Below, piece after piece: positions 42,649-64,000 of a DNA stretch of 64,000 bases (position 1 is its first letter; each line of letters starts with the position of its first letter). A program made the position numbers and the translations under genes. Under the pieces are notes generated by a model. It searched no databases. It saw nothing but the letters and a program-made list of their open reading frames with translations, and was not told the DNA's origin. The stretch lies in contig CM022673.1 of NCBI GenBank assembly GCA_012295275.1, positions 20,026,001-20,090,000 of the forward strand, written 5' to 3'. This stretch comes from Chrysomallon squamiferum. Lineage: Eukaryota > Animalia > Mollusca.

Positions 42649-43045
42649 CTGAATCTATCCAACACATTACAAGTATAATTATTTATCTGGAATAATAATA
42701 TTTTAAAATAAATGTTTTCAAATATTTCTAATGTAGATATCTTCATTCCAACATAATGTTCATCAATGGGAATAATAGCAAGAACATCATGGTTCTGTCG
42801 TGTCTGGGATGTAACAGTTGTGAACCACAGATGCCATAGATCTCTCTTTTTTTGTTGTGAACAAGTATCTACATGAAAATGGAGATACTTACACATTTAC
42901 TTACACAAATGCACAAACATACACAAACAGATCTAGTATGATAGGTATGTAAGCAGACATAAAAACATCATGTAGAAATACATTGGTTCTTTTTGGCACA
43001 TCTGGTAAACATTCCTTTGTTATTTAACATGAACATGAAATGCTG

Positions 43046-43748
43046 TATGTTTTATTTTATTAAAAGGTTAGTATATTAATAATACGTACAGTGTGTTATG
43101 TGTATTAATTTGAAATTGTATATTTAAAAATACATCAAATATTTCTTACTTTGTTTCCCTTCTATGGGAAGGTAAACTCCCAGACTGATGTAATTACACG
43201 TGAATGTTATCCATAAAAGAACAGATATAACACTGGACCAGTCATGTGGATTACATTCTGATCCAATTTGTAATATGTTTCTATCTATTTTTACCCAAAA
43301 GGTTTTTGATTCATTGCATTCTATTTTCAAGTCTTCATGTTGTGAAGACATAAAACCTTTTATGATTGTACATCATGAGACAATCCGTACTGACTGAACC
43401 GGAAGTACAGAATAAGATATGGAGCAGTAGCCATCACATCTGAGGACTTCACATAAGAGCTGCTTCATAGCAAGCCTTGACACAAACGATTAATTCCCTA
43501 ATTGGTAATGCATCATACACATTTGTTGGAAGTACAAAGAACGTTTTCTGATGCAAAGGACCCTTTGAAGTGAATATTCTTTAGTGGAACAGAAAAAAAA
43601 AAGAAGAAGATATATATATATATATAGTATACAGAATATCACCAATATGTTGAAATATTTGATGTATTTTTAAATATACAATTTCAAATTAATACACATA
43701 ACACATTGTATTATTAATATACTAACATTTTAATAAAAATAAAACATA
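43046..43748. repeat. ~100-bp near-perfect inverted repeat pair (43046-43145 / 43652-43748)
   Basis: Direct comparison shows the inner ~50 bp identical in reverse complement, with only about 2 substitutions and 2 small indels overall. Confidence 0.9.
43150..43578 (-). pseudogene. Frameshifted exon resembling a farnesoic-acid O-methyltransferase-like (Methyltransf_FA) domain
   Basis: Strong acceptor (polypyrimidine tract...ctaaag|, 43579) and donor (|gtaaga, 43149). The translation is split across frames: ELIVCVKACYEAAL ... KIECNESKTFWVKIDRNILQIGS ... CNYISLG. This recalls the VKAC.DA / C.E.R.FW.....I.VG pattern of that domain. The donor phase matches the acceptor at 42869. The domain call is from memory of the pattern only. 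Confidence 0.4.
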
Positions 43749-46394
43749 AAAATAATAATGATACTGTTTACTGGTTTCTGGTAGATTCTAATTATTAACT
43801 GATGTTCTAAAAAGTATTAATAGTATTATAATAGAGAGGTTGGAAATCTCTCTCTTGTAATAATAATAATAATAAATTAGCCCCTGCTGAACAGACATAT
43901 CTATGGAAACACACTATTTTGTTTGTATATATATGTGTGTATACCACAGGTGACTAACAAATATCTGTTACATTCAGCCAAATTGCATGCTCACTGATGT
44001 GATTACATACGATTACCTTTTATGCACTATTTATTTTATTTCATTTTACTTATTTAATTTTTAATATTTTATTTTTAATATTTTTATATTGTGGTTAATG
44101 AGTATTGTTAACTTTTCTGAAAAACCCCCAAATAAATAAATTAAATGTGAATATATGTAGTGCAGGTTTATATTTTATGTTGCTATGAGAGAAAATGTTA
44201 TTACTGTTGATAAGGAACATATTTTATGGCACTTCCTGTTTTGTTAAAATGTATAACTTATACATTCTTAGACTATAAGAATGGACAGTGGAAGAAATAG
44301 ATAAATAAGTTTGGGACAAGCAAAATATGACTTGGTTCATGTTGTTTATTTTTTATTTATTTATTTATTTAGTTTGTATTAGAAACTGAACTAATTTTTA
44401 TAAAATTGGTATTGCCAATCTCACACACACATACACACACACAAGAACTTCTTTACACATATAAAATTACGATATTGTATATATTTATATTATAACTGAT
44501 TGTCAATGTAATGTTTTATTTCAATGCCATAACAGTCATATTACTTCATGCAAGAATTTTTCTCAGTGGAATCAGCATATAATAATAAATAAACATTAAA
44601 CAAAGACTAAAACAAATATATAAATAATAAAATAATAAAATATATAAATAAATAAACATTAGTTTTCCACTCACATGTCGTTCTAGACCTAACTGAGTTT
44701 AATGTAAATATTTATATAAGAATGACATATGGATGAACGTTAGTATCCCTCAATGACGTATGCTAAGTTATTGGTCACCATGAAAGATATTTCACAAAAC
44801 TGTTACCCAAAACTATTATTCAATAACAAAGAATGATGTAGAAAGACAAAGACAGCTTGTGTGTATATGTTAAGTCAAACGCACTTGTGTCAATTTAGTG
44901 CATAAACAACTTATTTCCATTCTGTTAGTGAACACTAACTGGCATGTCAGCAAGATGACACAAAACTTTCAATACAAAATTATAATTTTTTTGATAATTA
45001 ACTTTATTGTTTAAAATTATTATTATTATTTTATTTTTTTATTAATATCCTTTGACTTTTCAGTTTTTGGTTTAGTTTAGCTGTGTATATACAAAAAATA
45101 ATATATCTACAATTAATTCTCAAGATAGTATGTCACAGAGCGTAACTGTCATCAAATGGTGCATCTTTGAAATCAGCAAAAATTAGTCAAAATTTTTGTT
45201 TATTCTCATTCGGAGGGAGCCAGACAATCACAATATGTCCAGAGCTATGGAAATTAAAGGTGCTAATACATATTCATTACAGTAATACTTCATGATTATA
45301 TGTTTAACAGAAACAAGGTGGGATATATCGAGCCAATTGGCTGTTTTGAAGCATGAAATCCTGGCTCTATTCCACACCAGATCTATTACAGGGCTTATTT
45401 CTTGTCCAACAGAAGATTTTTTTAAAAATGCATGCAGGAAGTAACATTTTATTGACAAGCATTTAATTGACAAATATTAAATATGAATTGCTTTCATTTC
45501 TAAATCGAGCATTCAGAATAACCAAGTAATACTTTTTACAAAATATTCATAATGAAATATTATTTATAAATTAATTAAAACGTATAAAATTATATAAAAT
45601 ATTTAGAATCACATATAATTTTCAAAATACACAATTATAGTTTATCACCAATTGTCAGTATTTCATTGAGATTTATAAATGCAGAATATTTTAATTTATT
45701 CAACTTTATTATTAGAGAACCTTTGATATTTAATAATAGAAATCTGGCTAGTTTTCATAATTTAAAGCTTCCAAAATTTTGCAGATTATGTATACATTTT
45801 TAGACAAAAGGATATTCTAAATTTCCAATTTTTCTATGATCCCTTTTTGCAGCTTCTTCCTGGAAATGCTTCCATACTTTGAGCTGTTTTGAATCAGGGA
45901 ATGAAATGATATAAATCCTGTGCTATGTTCCACTTCAGAATTTCCTTCTCAGTGGGTGGACGAGTTCTAAATGAAACAAAATAAAATAACTGTTACTTCC
46001 TGTAAACAAGTAATATTATTTTCTCAATTATCAGCTTTGTGTAAACATAACTGAAATAAAAAACATAAAATAATTGTTGTCAGAAACAAATACATTTAGT
46101 TGTACACTAAATTATTGTCAACTGTTTCTTTATACCACACAGAACCAGATATAAACTTTTAACATAACATTACAACTGGAAATATGGTGGGTCATTCTGC
46201 AAAACCTACATAAAAATTTATATTTTGCTGTGTACTCTGTATGGTACTAATGTGTCCCAAAAATACATTAACTGTTTAACTGAAAAATAAAGCCAGAATT
46301 TTGTTAATTAAGTATGATCTATATAAATAACATCTGTATTATGCTGATGAGTCCTCAAGTTAACTTGCCAAATTAACATTCAATAGTTAAGGTA

Positions 46395-47188
46395 CCGTAT
46401 ATACTTGTGTACAAGGCGACCTTATGTATAAGTCGATGTGTATTTTAAGACCAAACATTGCATCATTTTAGGTATTACTTGTGTATAAGTCGACTGTAGG
46501 TTCCAGGCACCGTCACTATTTTTAGACCAGTGTGACAGTGCCATGAAGGCCTACATTGTACGCCTACTGTAACATAACTTTCACGAGCTGTAACTTGCAC
46601 GAACATACCAAAATAACGTAAATGCATGTATTGCACGAGCTATAGCCTAAATGTATCATAAATAGTATCTCTTTAATGTAATAGGTCTAACATGGAGACC
46701 TAACTTACCGTTATATTTACAAAATTTGTCGGTAGTGGATATTAATGACGATTGCAATATTATTTCACCCAATTCTTTACAGTTAAACAAGTGAGTTTTG
46801 TTAATGAAATTAGGACCGATATTTAGTGCAATTTGGCAGAGAAGTCTGCATTCCTAGATCATTGCAAGACGCCGTAAGGCATAATGCCGTACTGATGGTT
46901 TTCTCGCTTTAAAATGTATTTTTATTTCATTAAACGGAAGAATATCATGTTTTACATTCATATTTGGTTTTGTTAATTCTTTTTTCAAATTGTTTTATAC
47001 GATAAAATTATATTTTTGAAAAGCCGAAAGACCGCGATTATTTTAGATGCATCCCGTAGCAAAAAAATAGTCAAAATGGCGACGCTTCAGGAACAGCTAC
47101 AAAAGCATTACCTATGTATAAGTCGACCCCCCAAATATTACCTTAATATAGTCTCCCAAAAATTCGACTTATACACAAGTATATACGG
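46395..47188. mobile_element. pogo/Tc2-like MITE (about 794 bp)
   Basis: TA-CCGTATATACTTGTGTACAAGGCGA ... TCGACTTATACACAAGTATATACGG-TA: about 25-bp TIRs, TA TSD, and internal repeats of TGTATAAGTCGA. Confidence 0.88.
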
Positions 47189-48482
47189 TAATTGATGTCC
47201 CTATGAGATTAATAAAACTCATAAAAAAATATATATATTATTTGACAATTAAATGGTTTGTACTTTTTTAAATGTTAAGAAATGTCTTTTCTAAAATCAA
47301 TTCACATACCTATATCAGTAAAAATTAAGAATCAAATTTAAAACTACACACATATTTTTTTGATGCACACAGTAAAAATAACAAAAAACAAATTCATAAC
47401 TAGATTTATATTCCAAGTTGATGATAACAAATAAATTCAAATTATTGTAACTTTACCATTTAAAAAACCCAATAAAGGAATAAAAAAAGTTTAAAATTAT
47501 CTAGTTTGAAAAATAAGAAATAAAAGAATATTTTTAAAATCTTACTTGTAAACAGGTGGTGTCAGTTGTGACTTTTTCTTTCAGAATTCTCACTTTGAAT
47601 TTGTTCTACTGAAAACAAAAAAACAAGTTATAATATGAAAATTAATATGTTCTGTATACTTTAAAGTTGTTTTATTTTTATTATATAAGTGTTCATTATT
47701 TTTTTTTTTTTTTTTTTAATACCATTTTATTTATTAATGAAACATTAAATCCCAAACAAAATCTAAGAGTCCATAAACAAATCCAGGTGGTTTATAGCAA
47801 GGATCCCACATCTTATAAATGGGTTCTTATCCAGTATTCTTACAAATTTACAACAGCACCCTCCCATAAATGTTTTAAAATTTTATTTCATGTTATAAAC
47901 TGTTTCCCCATCACTGGTGATATCTACCCCAGTTTCTGAAATCGTGTAGTAGAGCTGCACTGATGACTGTAATATTAATTTAACAGCTCAAACATTTTGA
48001 GTAGATCTGCCTTCGTCAGTTCCAGTCTTTCAAATGGTTATTATGAAACACCTGCTACATCACCTGATGTGTAAATACAGAGGCAGATAGATAGATGGAC
48101 ATAGATATATAATATCTATAAGTTTCAATAAATAAGATATAAAATATAACCCACAACCCAATAATTTGATTTAACAAAATAAAGTTTATTCTGTAATCTA
48201 CCCACTTTCCTTCCAATGCCATGTCACAGTAAAACACATTATCAGCTGGTGGTTGGTAACAAAGCATTTGCCATCACTTCACCAACAATATGCTCACTTG
48301 AATACCAGAATGCATACAGCACTGAAACATAACAATACATTTCTATATTTTATTTTTATTTTTTAAATGACTTGACTTATACGTGTGTGTGTGTGTGTGT
48401 GTGTCTGCACCAGCAGGAGTGTAAAACATTCAAATAAATATAACATAATTGTAATAAGTACATTAATAGTTAAGTCATATTA

Positions 48483-48690
48483 ACCTCCCACCGATGTGGT
48501 GCTCAAGGACATCTGAACCTTTCCTAGACTACTTTGACAACACCTGTGTGTCCAGAGCCTTTGTCATATTCAGCCCCCACAACTTCCAGGTGGATCCATT
48601 CCTCCACTTACCATCTGGAGAGTCATTGATAGCATACAGAAAAATCAGGCCCTGCGTAGTGTGCCACCAGCAAAGCATGTAAGACACCAC
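48483..48690 (+). mobile_element. Short MULE-transposase-like fragment
   Basis: GC-richer island translating FLDYFDNTCVS ... TIWRVIDSIQ across frames, resembling C-terminal parts of animal Mutator-like transposases. Confidence 0.4.
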
Positions 48691-49754
48691 ACCCACAAAC
48701 TCCAGTCAAAGCTGCACAAACAGTGCACTGACAGGCGTGACAACAGTAAGACTTTTTATATATTTATGAGGGACTGAACTAAAAGCACCTAGCATAAACT
48801 AAAGATATATGAATACTGATCTTTATACGAGAAAGGTCATACGGGGTACCAAGACAAAATAAGAATCTGCACGGAGGACAGATTAAAACATTAAAAATTT
48901 TGGTATAATAAATGTTATTGACACAGGTTAATTGACATTACTCCCTATCAAAACAAGAATAGACAATTCAAATTGCTTACCATACTTGTCCGTAAAAACA
49001 ATGTCATTCAAAAACATTGGTTTCCTTGCCTGACTGAACTCTCGTCTTGACCGTTTTCTTCGCTCTCGCTGCTTAATTACTGAACTGAATTAAACTGAAA
49101 AAAAATTAACGTGCTAATCTGAACAAGCTGTTGTGAAGCACGTCTACGACGGCCGCGCTTTCTGACAGGTCAGCGGGCGTGTCCGTCGCAGAAACTTAAT
49201 TACCAAATGCCAGCCTTTTTATAACAATGCCATGGAGTTGAAAAATTAGCGGAAACAATAAAAGAGCAGATGAAGTTACAATTAAAGTTACGCAATTTCA
49301 ATTCCATCGCAAGCAAATAAAAAGAGTGGATGTGATTTGAAGTAACAATTAAAGTTACGCAATCTGAATTCTGCGACAACTGCCTACAAATACTGTAATT
49401 AACAAGAACTCAAAAATAATTATTTTCATTTATTTATCACACACACACACACACATAAATTTACAATTTTAGATTAGCCTGGGGAAAATTGCAGAAACTT
49501 TTTGCCATACTTCATACTTAATTAAAATATATTCATAATACTGCACTAATCTTTACAGCGGTATTTGCTCGTGTTAGTAAAGTCTGCCACTATAGTTCTA
49601 AAATAACTGCGCGTTATTGTTGAATTAATACTGGGATCATCCTAATCTTATTATAAGCATTTAGAAAGATGCTCTAAGTTGATAATAATAAACATAGTAA
49701 CAGAAAACTAGTCTTTTCCATCATTCCAAGTAACAGTCAAACTATCTGGGAATA

Positions 49755-50525
49755 CAGTGGTACCTTGACTTACGAGTTTAATTCGTTCTGTGACCGGGCT
49801 CATAATTCAATTTGCTTGTATATCAAATCAAGTTTTCCAACTGAAAATAATTGAAATACCATTAATCTGTTGAAGCCTCCCCAAAACCACCCCAATTTTT
49901 TGTAACATGTTTTTAAATAAGAAAAATGTATGTATAAATGACAAATATTGTATAAAAACAAAATAAAAAAGAATGTAAAGAAATAAACTGGTTTTGTAAA
50001 GTGTACAGGGTTAGGGTTTCTCTATCTTTTCATGGACATAGGCCTGCAGCTTAGAAATTATTTTAACTTCTTTTACTGGAGTTATAGCCTTTATCGACCC
50101 CTTCTGCTTCAGTATCGTACATATCGTAAAAGTACTATGCTGGTACTGCATTGTAGTCACTTTGATTACACGCACACCTAACTCATGTTTTCCTGTGAGT
50201 TCTTTCATTAATTCAATGGACATCATCCGCTTCTTCTTCTCACACTGTCCTTTGTACTCACTTTCTGAGGATCCATGGACATTTTGCAAAATACTGCACA
50301 AAATGCGATCACAACACAACAGAGATGCTTCCACGGCGAGGTAACTACGTGAAGCAAATGAATGAGATGCGCGATGCTGGGCAGATGGTGTGTTATTCGT
50401 TGCACTAACTAGCGGCGGCATATCTGAAGCTCACTCATAACTCAGATTTTGGCTGGCAACTCAAAGCAAAAAATCAACCAAGCGACTGCTCGTAACTCAG
50501 TAAACTCGTAATTGCGATACTACTG
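49755..50525 (-). mobile_element. Tigger/pogo-like non-autonomous element, copy 2
   Basis: TA-CAGTGGTACCTTGACTTACGAG ... CTCGTAATTGCGATACTACTG-TA. The - strand encodes KKKRMMSIELMKEL..KHELGVRV...STFTICTILKQKGSIKAITP.K.VKIISKL...HEKIEK (Tigger transposase N-terminal HTH); the catalytic domain is deleted. Confidence 0.88.
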
Positions 50526-51069
50526 TATTCATAAAGTATTAGTGGTATGATTATTCATTAGCACCTTTACTTCTGTCGCATTGGAAGTGTTGTGATTGTC
50601 AGGCTCCCTCCTTTGGAAGTCAGATGAAACATAAAATTATAATATAAGTGTGCATCACTGAAACTTGACAATTTTCTACGGGGCGATAACCAAAGATGCT
50701 GTTACAGACAATATAAACAGTTTACAACTGCAAGTGACCTATGCATTCAGATTATGGTTCTGAATCTATTTTTTTATTATTATGCAGTCATTTAGATAAC
50801 TTTTATTATTATTATTAGTAGTAGTAGTAGTAGTAGTAGTTGTTGTTGTTGTTTTTATCTTATTTGTTTTTATGGATGTTATGCATGAAAACCCGAAGAC
50901 TGCAAACTGACCTCTGTATGATGGTAGTAGTTTTCAAAGAAAATGTACTAATTTCATACATAATACAATTAGCTATAATACTAATAAATATTTTCACTGT
51001 TATGAAAGTTAATATATGTATTTATTTTGTTTTATTATATTCTATATGTGGCAAGTGAGCTGTTTGACT

Positions 51070-51915
51070 GGTCAATGGAAAAAAGTCACAAGAAAATAAA
51101 TCACATACACGTCACAGAATAATAATTAAAAAAAAGACAGGAAAAAAGATCACAGAAAAAAAGGCATTATTCTAAGTTCAGTAATGGAATCATACAGAGC
51201 AAAAACGGTGGTACTAAGATCTGCTTACACGGTTTTATGTATACGAAGCATTCAGCTCGTAAAGACAAGTTGTGGTCGAAGTGTGTCAAAAATTTCAGTG
51301 GTCAGTATCGTGGCAGCATGATAAGAGATTTACAGTTGGTAAACCCAGTAGACTGATCACAACCACACTGCATAAAAAGCACAAGTTCGACTCATTAAGG
51401 TTCGAAATACAGCAAAGACCCAGAGTGCCAACATTAGAAACAAACCTAGCCACATCCTAGCTCAAGCCCTCGCCCAGTGTGATAATGAGGTTCGTGCAAT
51501 GATACCTTGCTTAACCAGCTGCCATCTCCTATGATTCCTAGAACACTTTAAGACCTTGGTGACTTATCAACAATTCCTGCAAACTGTTGGTTATAATCCT
51601 GAGCAGTTTCTTTTCATACTCTAATGACCTCCTGAACTGTGAAGTGTGCATGCTCTGACAATGAATACCAGTCCAAGAACCAACAACATCTGCAAGGGAT
51701 GGAACAATAAGTTTTTCAACCTTGTTGGCCATAATCATCCATCCAGTCTGGCAAATCATTGAGTGGTTCCAGCTAGAATAAGGTTCAGTTCGCACCCAGC
51801 CACAGAAAAGATTTAACAAGGCATATGTGCGGCTTCAGAAGCACCTAAGCAACTTATGCGAAGATCGTGTCATGGCCGTAAAAGTGAACCAGAGTTCTAG
51901 CACGGGGTTGGTTGG
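51070..51915 (+). mobile_element. Decayed Mutator-like (MULE) element with FLYWCH-like remnant
   Basis: Left end with repeated GAAAAAAGTCACA-like units. SKNGGTKICLHGFMYTK...LWSKCVK (FLYWCH-like) at about 51198-51290. PPEL*SVH...PRTNNICKGWNNKFFNLVGHNHPS (MULE C-terminal motif) at about 51628-51745. Contains stops and frameshifts. Confidence 0.75.
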
Positions 51916-52604
51916 AATATTCGCTTAACCCATCTAAATTAGTGAACAGATTATGAAAAACTGTATGTACTACTGAACTGTTGAACTAAGATATTTCTTC
52001 TTCAATTTTTTTTTTTTTTTTTCCCCCCACGATTTGAGTACAGCATATATGAAAATATAAACATTTATCTTGCAGGCCGAGTTATTGTAATCAGAATAGC
52101 ATTAATATTATAATCTGGTACTGGACTGCTTATTCGGCTTCCAGAAATCTGGAAATAACAGAAAAGCGACTTTTTTTAAACTATTTAGTTTTGAATTTGG
52201 TATGCTGGCTGTAGTTCGAAGCAAACTTCATAGGAAGTCAAATTAACCACATACAATTACGATTTAATTGATTAAATGTGGGTTGAAATGATACCAGAGG
52301 CGGATGCACTATCTTGGTTAATAAATCATTAACTTTATTTAGGCTCATCACTTCGCGGCATAATATTAGTTACAGGCTGTGTCTCCTTATTTGCTTCATA
52401 AAGTCCATTCCTACATTGAAACAGATTCTTCAAAAGTTGTATTCTAAAATCATTTCTTAAATCTTATCTAAATAGAATTCAGCTTCTGCTTTATTTATAT
52501 AATAATAAAATTCATATCAATGAACTTGTAATATTTTAAAATTCCAGTTTTTGTCAGATGCTTTCTCTCTGTAAAATGTTTTGATTACCGGTCTCAGGAG
52601 GAAA

Positions 52605-53225
52605 AGGTACTCAAAAGGTAATTTTTATTATTATAAAATTGTACCTTCATGCCAAAGAAAACTGCAACTTGTTAAAAGAAAAGAAAAAAAAAAAAGAACC
52701 CTCTACTAATTAACATTACAGATTTTAAAAATAATTTATCCCTAAATGTATTTCATCACGATCATTTCCTTATGATTAATTTGGTACAAATATAAAAATT
52801 GTAGTATATATATATATAGAAGTAAAGTTATGAATTTTCAAAGATTTTTTCTTTTTTTTCTTTCCTTTCTTCTTTCTTCTTCTTTTTTTTTTTTAGTCTT
52901 GCACAGATGAATTATTTTACCAACAAAATAAACATATTTTGCAGAGTTGTGTAAAATTTAGACTATTTGAAACACATAGTATGACATACTATGAAATTAG
53001 CTTTATCAGTGACAATCTCGCTCCAGAATGGGCCCTTAAAAATAAATATTTATTCAAAATTGCAATTGCAAACAGCACGCAAATACCAAATATTAAAAAG
53101 TTCATAACTTTGGAACTATTGGACTAACAACTTTGAATTTTGTATTGTTGAAATCAGGATATAAAGGTCTACAATTGTGAAGTCAACCTTGTATTTTTCA
53201 AACAGAAAATTACTTTTGAGTACCT
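52605..53225. mobile_element. MITE with ~20-bp TIRs (possibly Kolobok-like)
   Basis: AGGTACTCAAAAGGTAATTTT at 52605 versus AAAATTACTTTTGAGTACCT ending at 53225. The TSD is not cleanly preserved, so the family is uncertain. Confidence 0.55.
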
Positions 53226-53814
53226 TATAGTTAAATACATTTGCGGATTTTACCTTTGTTTGTTTGTTTTATATTTTAAATATATATTTAGCCTTAGTCA
53301 AGAAAATTTGAAAATCCTGAAATCCGGCTCATTTCCGATCCCAAGCTAGCCGGATAAATGGTTCTGTACCTGTACCGACTTTTAGAACAGATTTATTCAT
53401 TCTGATTTTTTGTTGGTCTAATTCAAACACAAAACAAAATATGTAAATGACGTACTTAGCGGTAATATGAACAAAATTAAGTGATTTTTTTCTGTAATAA
53501 AATCTCAGTCTGATGTATTCAACAAAATTAGGAAAATACATATAAATAAATAAATAGATCTGTAATAAACAAAATAACCACTCGGTAATTCACTTCAAAG
53601 GACATCATAACAACAAGGAAACAGCACTTTTGGCTGACAAGGCTAAATCAATCGTTTTATGATCGTTCGCACCATTTTACGACATCGTTATGACCGACAT
53701 CTTGAACTTCGGGAACATGGCCAAATAATATGCATTGGCGTCTTTAAAGAAAAAATTTTTTACAACAGTTATTTCCCTTAAGGTGATAGATGTCACTAGT
53801 GTTGATATTTTATA

Positions 53815-63940
<10,126 letters not shown>

Positions 63941-64000
63941 CAGGCTATCAGATAGACTGCATGTGTAAAACAATACTAGAACATTAAACATATTTAGGAT

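Larger units (their letters stand above)
45800..49190 (-). ncRNA. Putative spliced non-coding or short-ORF transcript
   Basis: A CpG-rich patch at about 49130-49190 is followed on the - strand by a donor gtaagc (48980), exon-like blocks 48321-48202 and 47608-47546 (donor gtaaga), and an acceptor at 45967. No long ORF in any splice phase I tested. Confidence 0.35.

Noticed and set aside
45800-48321. Selenoprotein interpretation of the TGA-interrupted minus-strand exons
   Set aside because: Stops include TAA/TAG and occur in different frames, and I found no recognisable selenoprotein motif or convincing SECIS.

Overview
This is AT-rich, intron-containing animal genomic DNA (probably an invertebrate/lophotrochozoan; taxon is inference only), not prokaryotic, so most entries in the ORF track are exon pieces or spurious. 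I assembled five protein-coding genes by hand from GT-AG boundaries and phase compatibility. (1) API5, + strand, 5' end outside the window, with an apparent frameshift at an A7 run. (2) An unnamed protein of about 1060 aa with tandem calponin-homology-like domains and ankyrin repeats (+, 26 exons). (3) A DUSP3-like atypical dual-specificity phosphatase (-). (4) A protein of about 1410 aa (-) fusing eight matrin/JAZ-type (dsRNA-binding class) C2H2 zinc fingers to a RIG-I/Dicer-family DExD/H helicase, with no recognisable CARDs and no C-terminal RLR regulatory domain. (5) A complete RUVBL2 (+). Gene 4 is the most interesting element: a candidate non-canonical dsRNA sensor with an NF-kB-consensus site near its putative 5' end. 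Between genes 4 and 5 are spliced, apparently non-coding or decayed minus-strand exons, one bracketed by a ~100-bp near-perfect inverted repeat. Several DNA-transposon relics are also present (Sola2-like, two Tigger-like copies, a pogo/Tc2-like MITE, MULE fragments, a Kolobok-like MITE). All family assignments come from motif recognition, not database searches.
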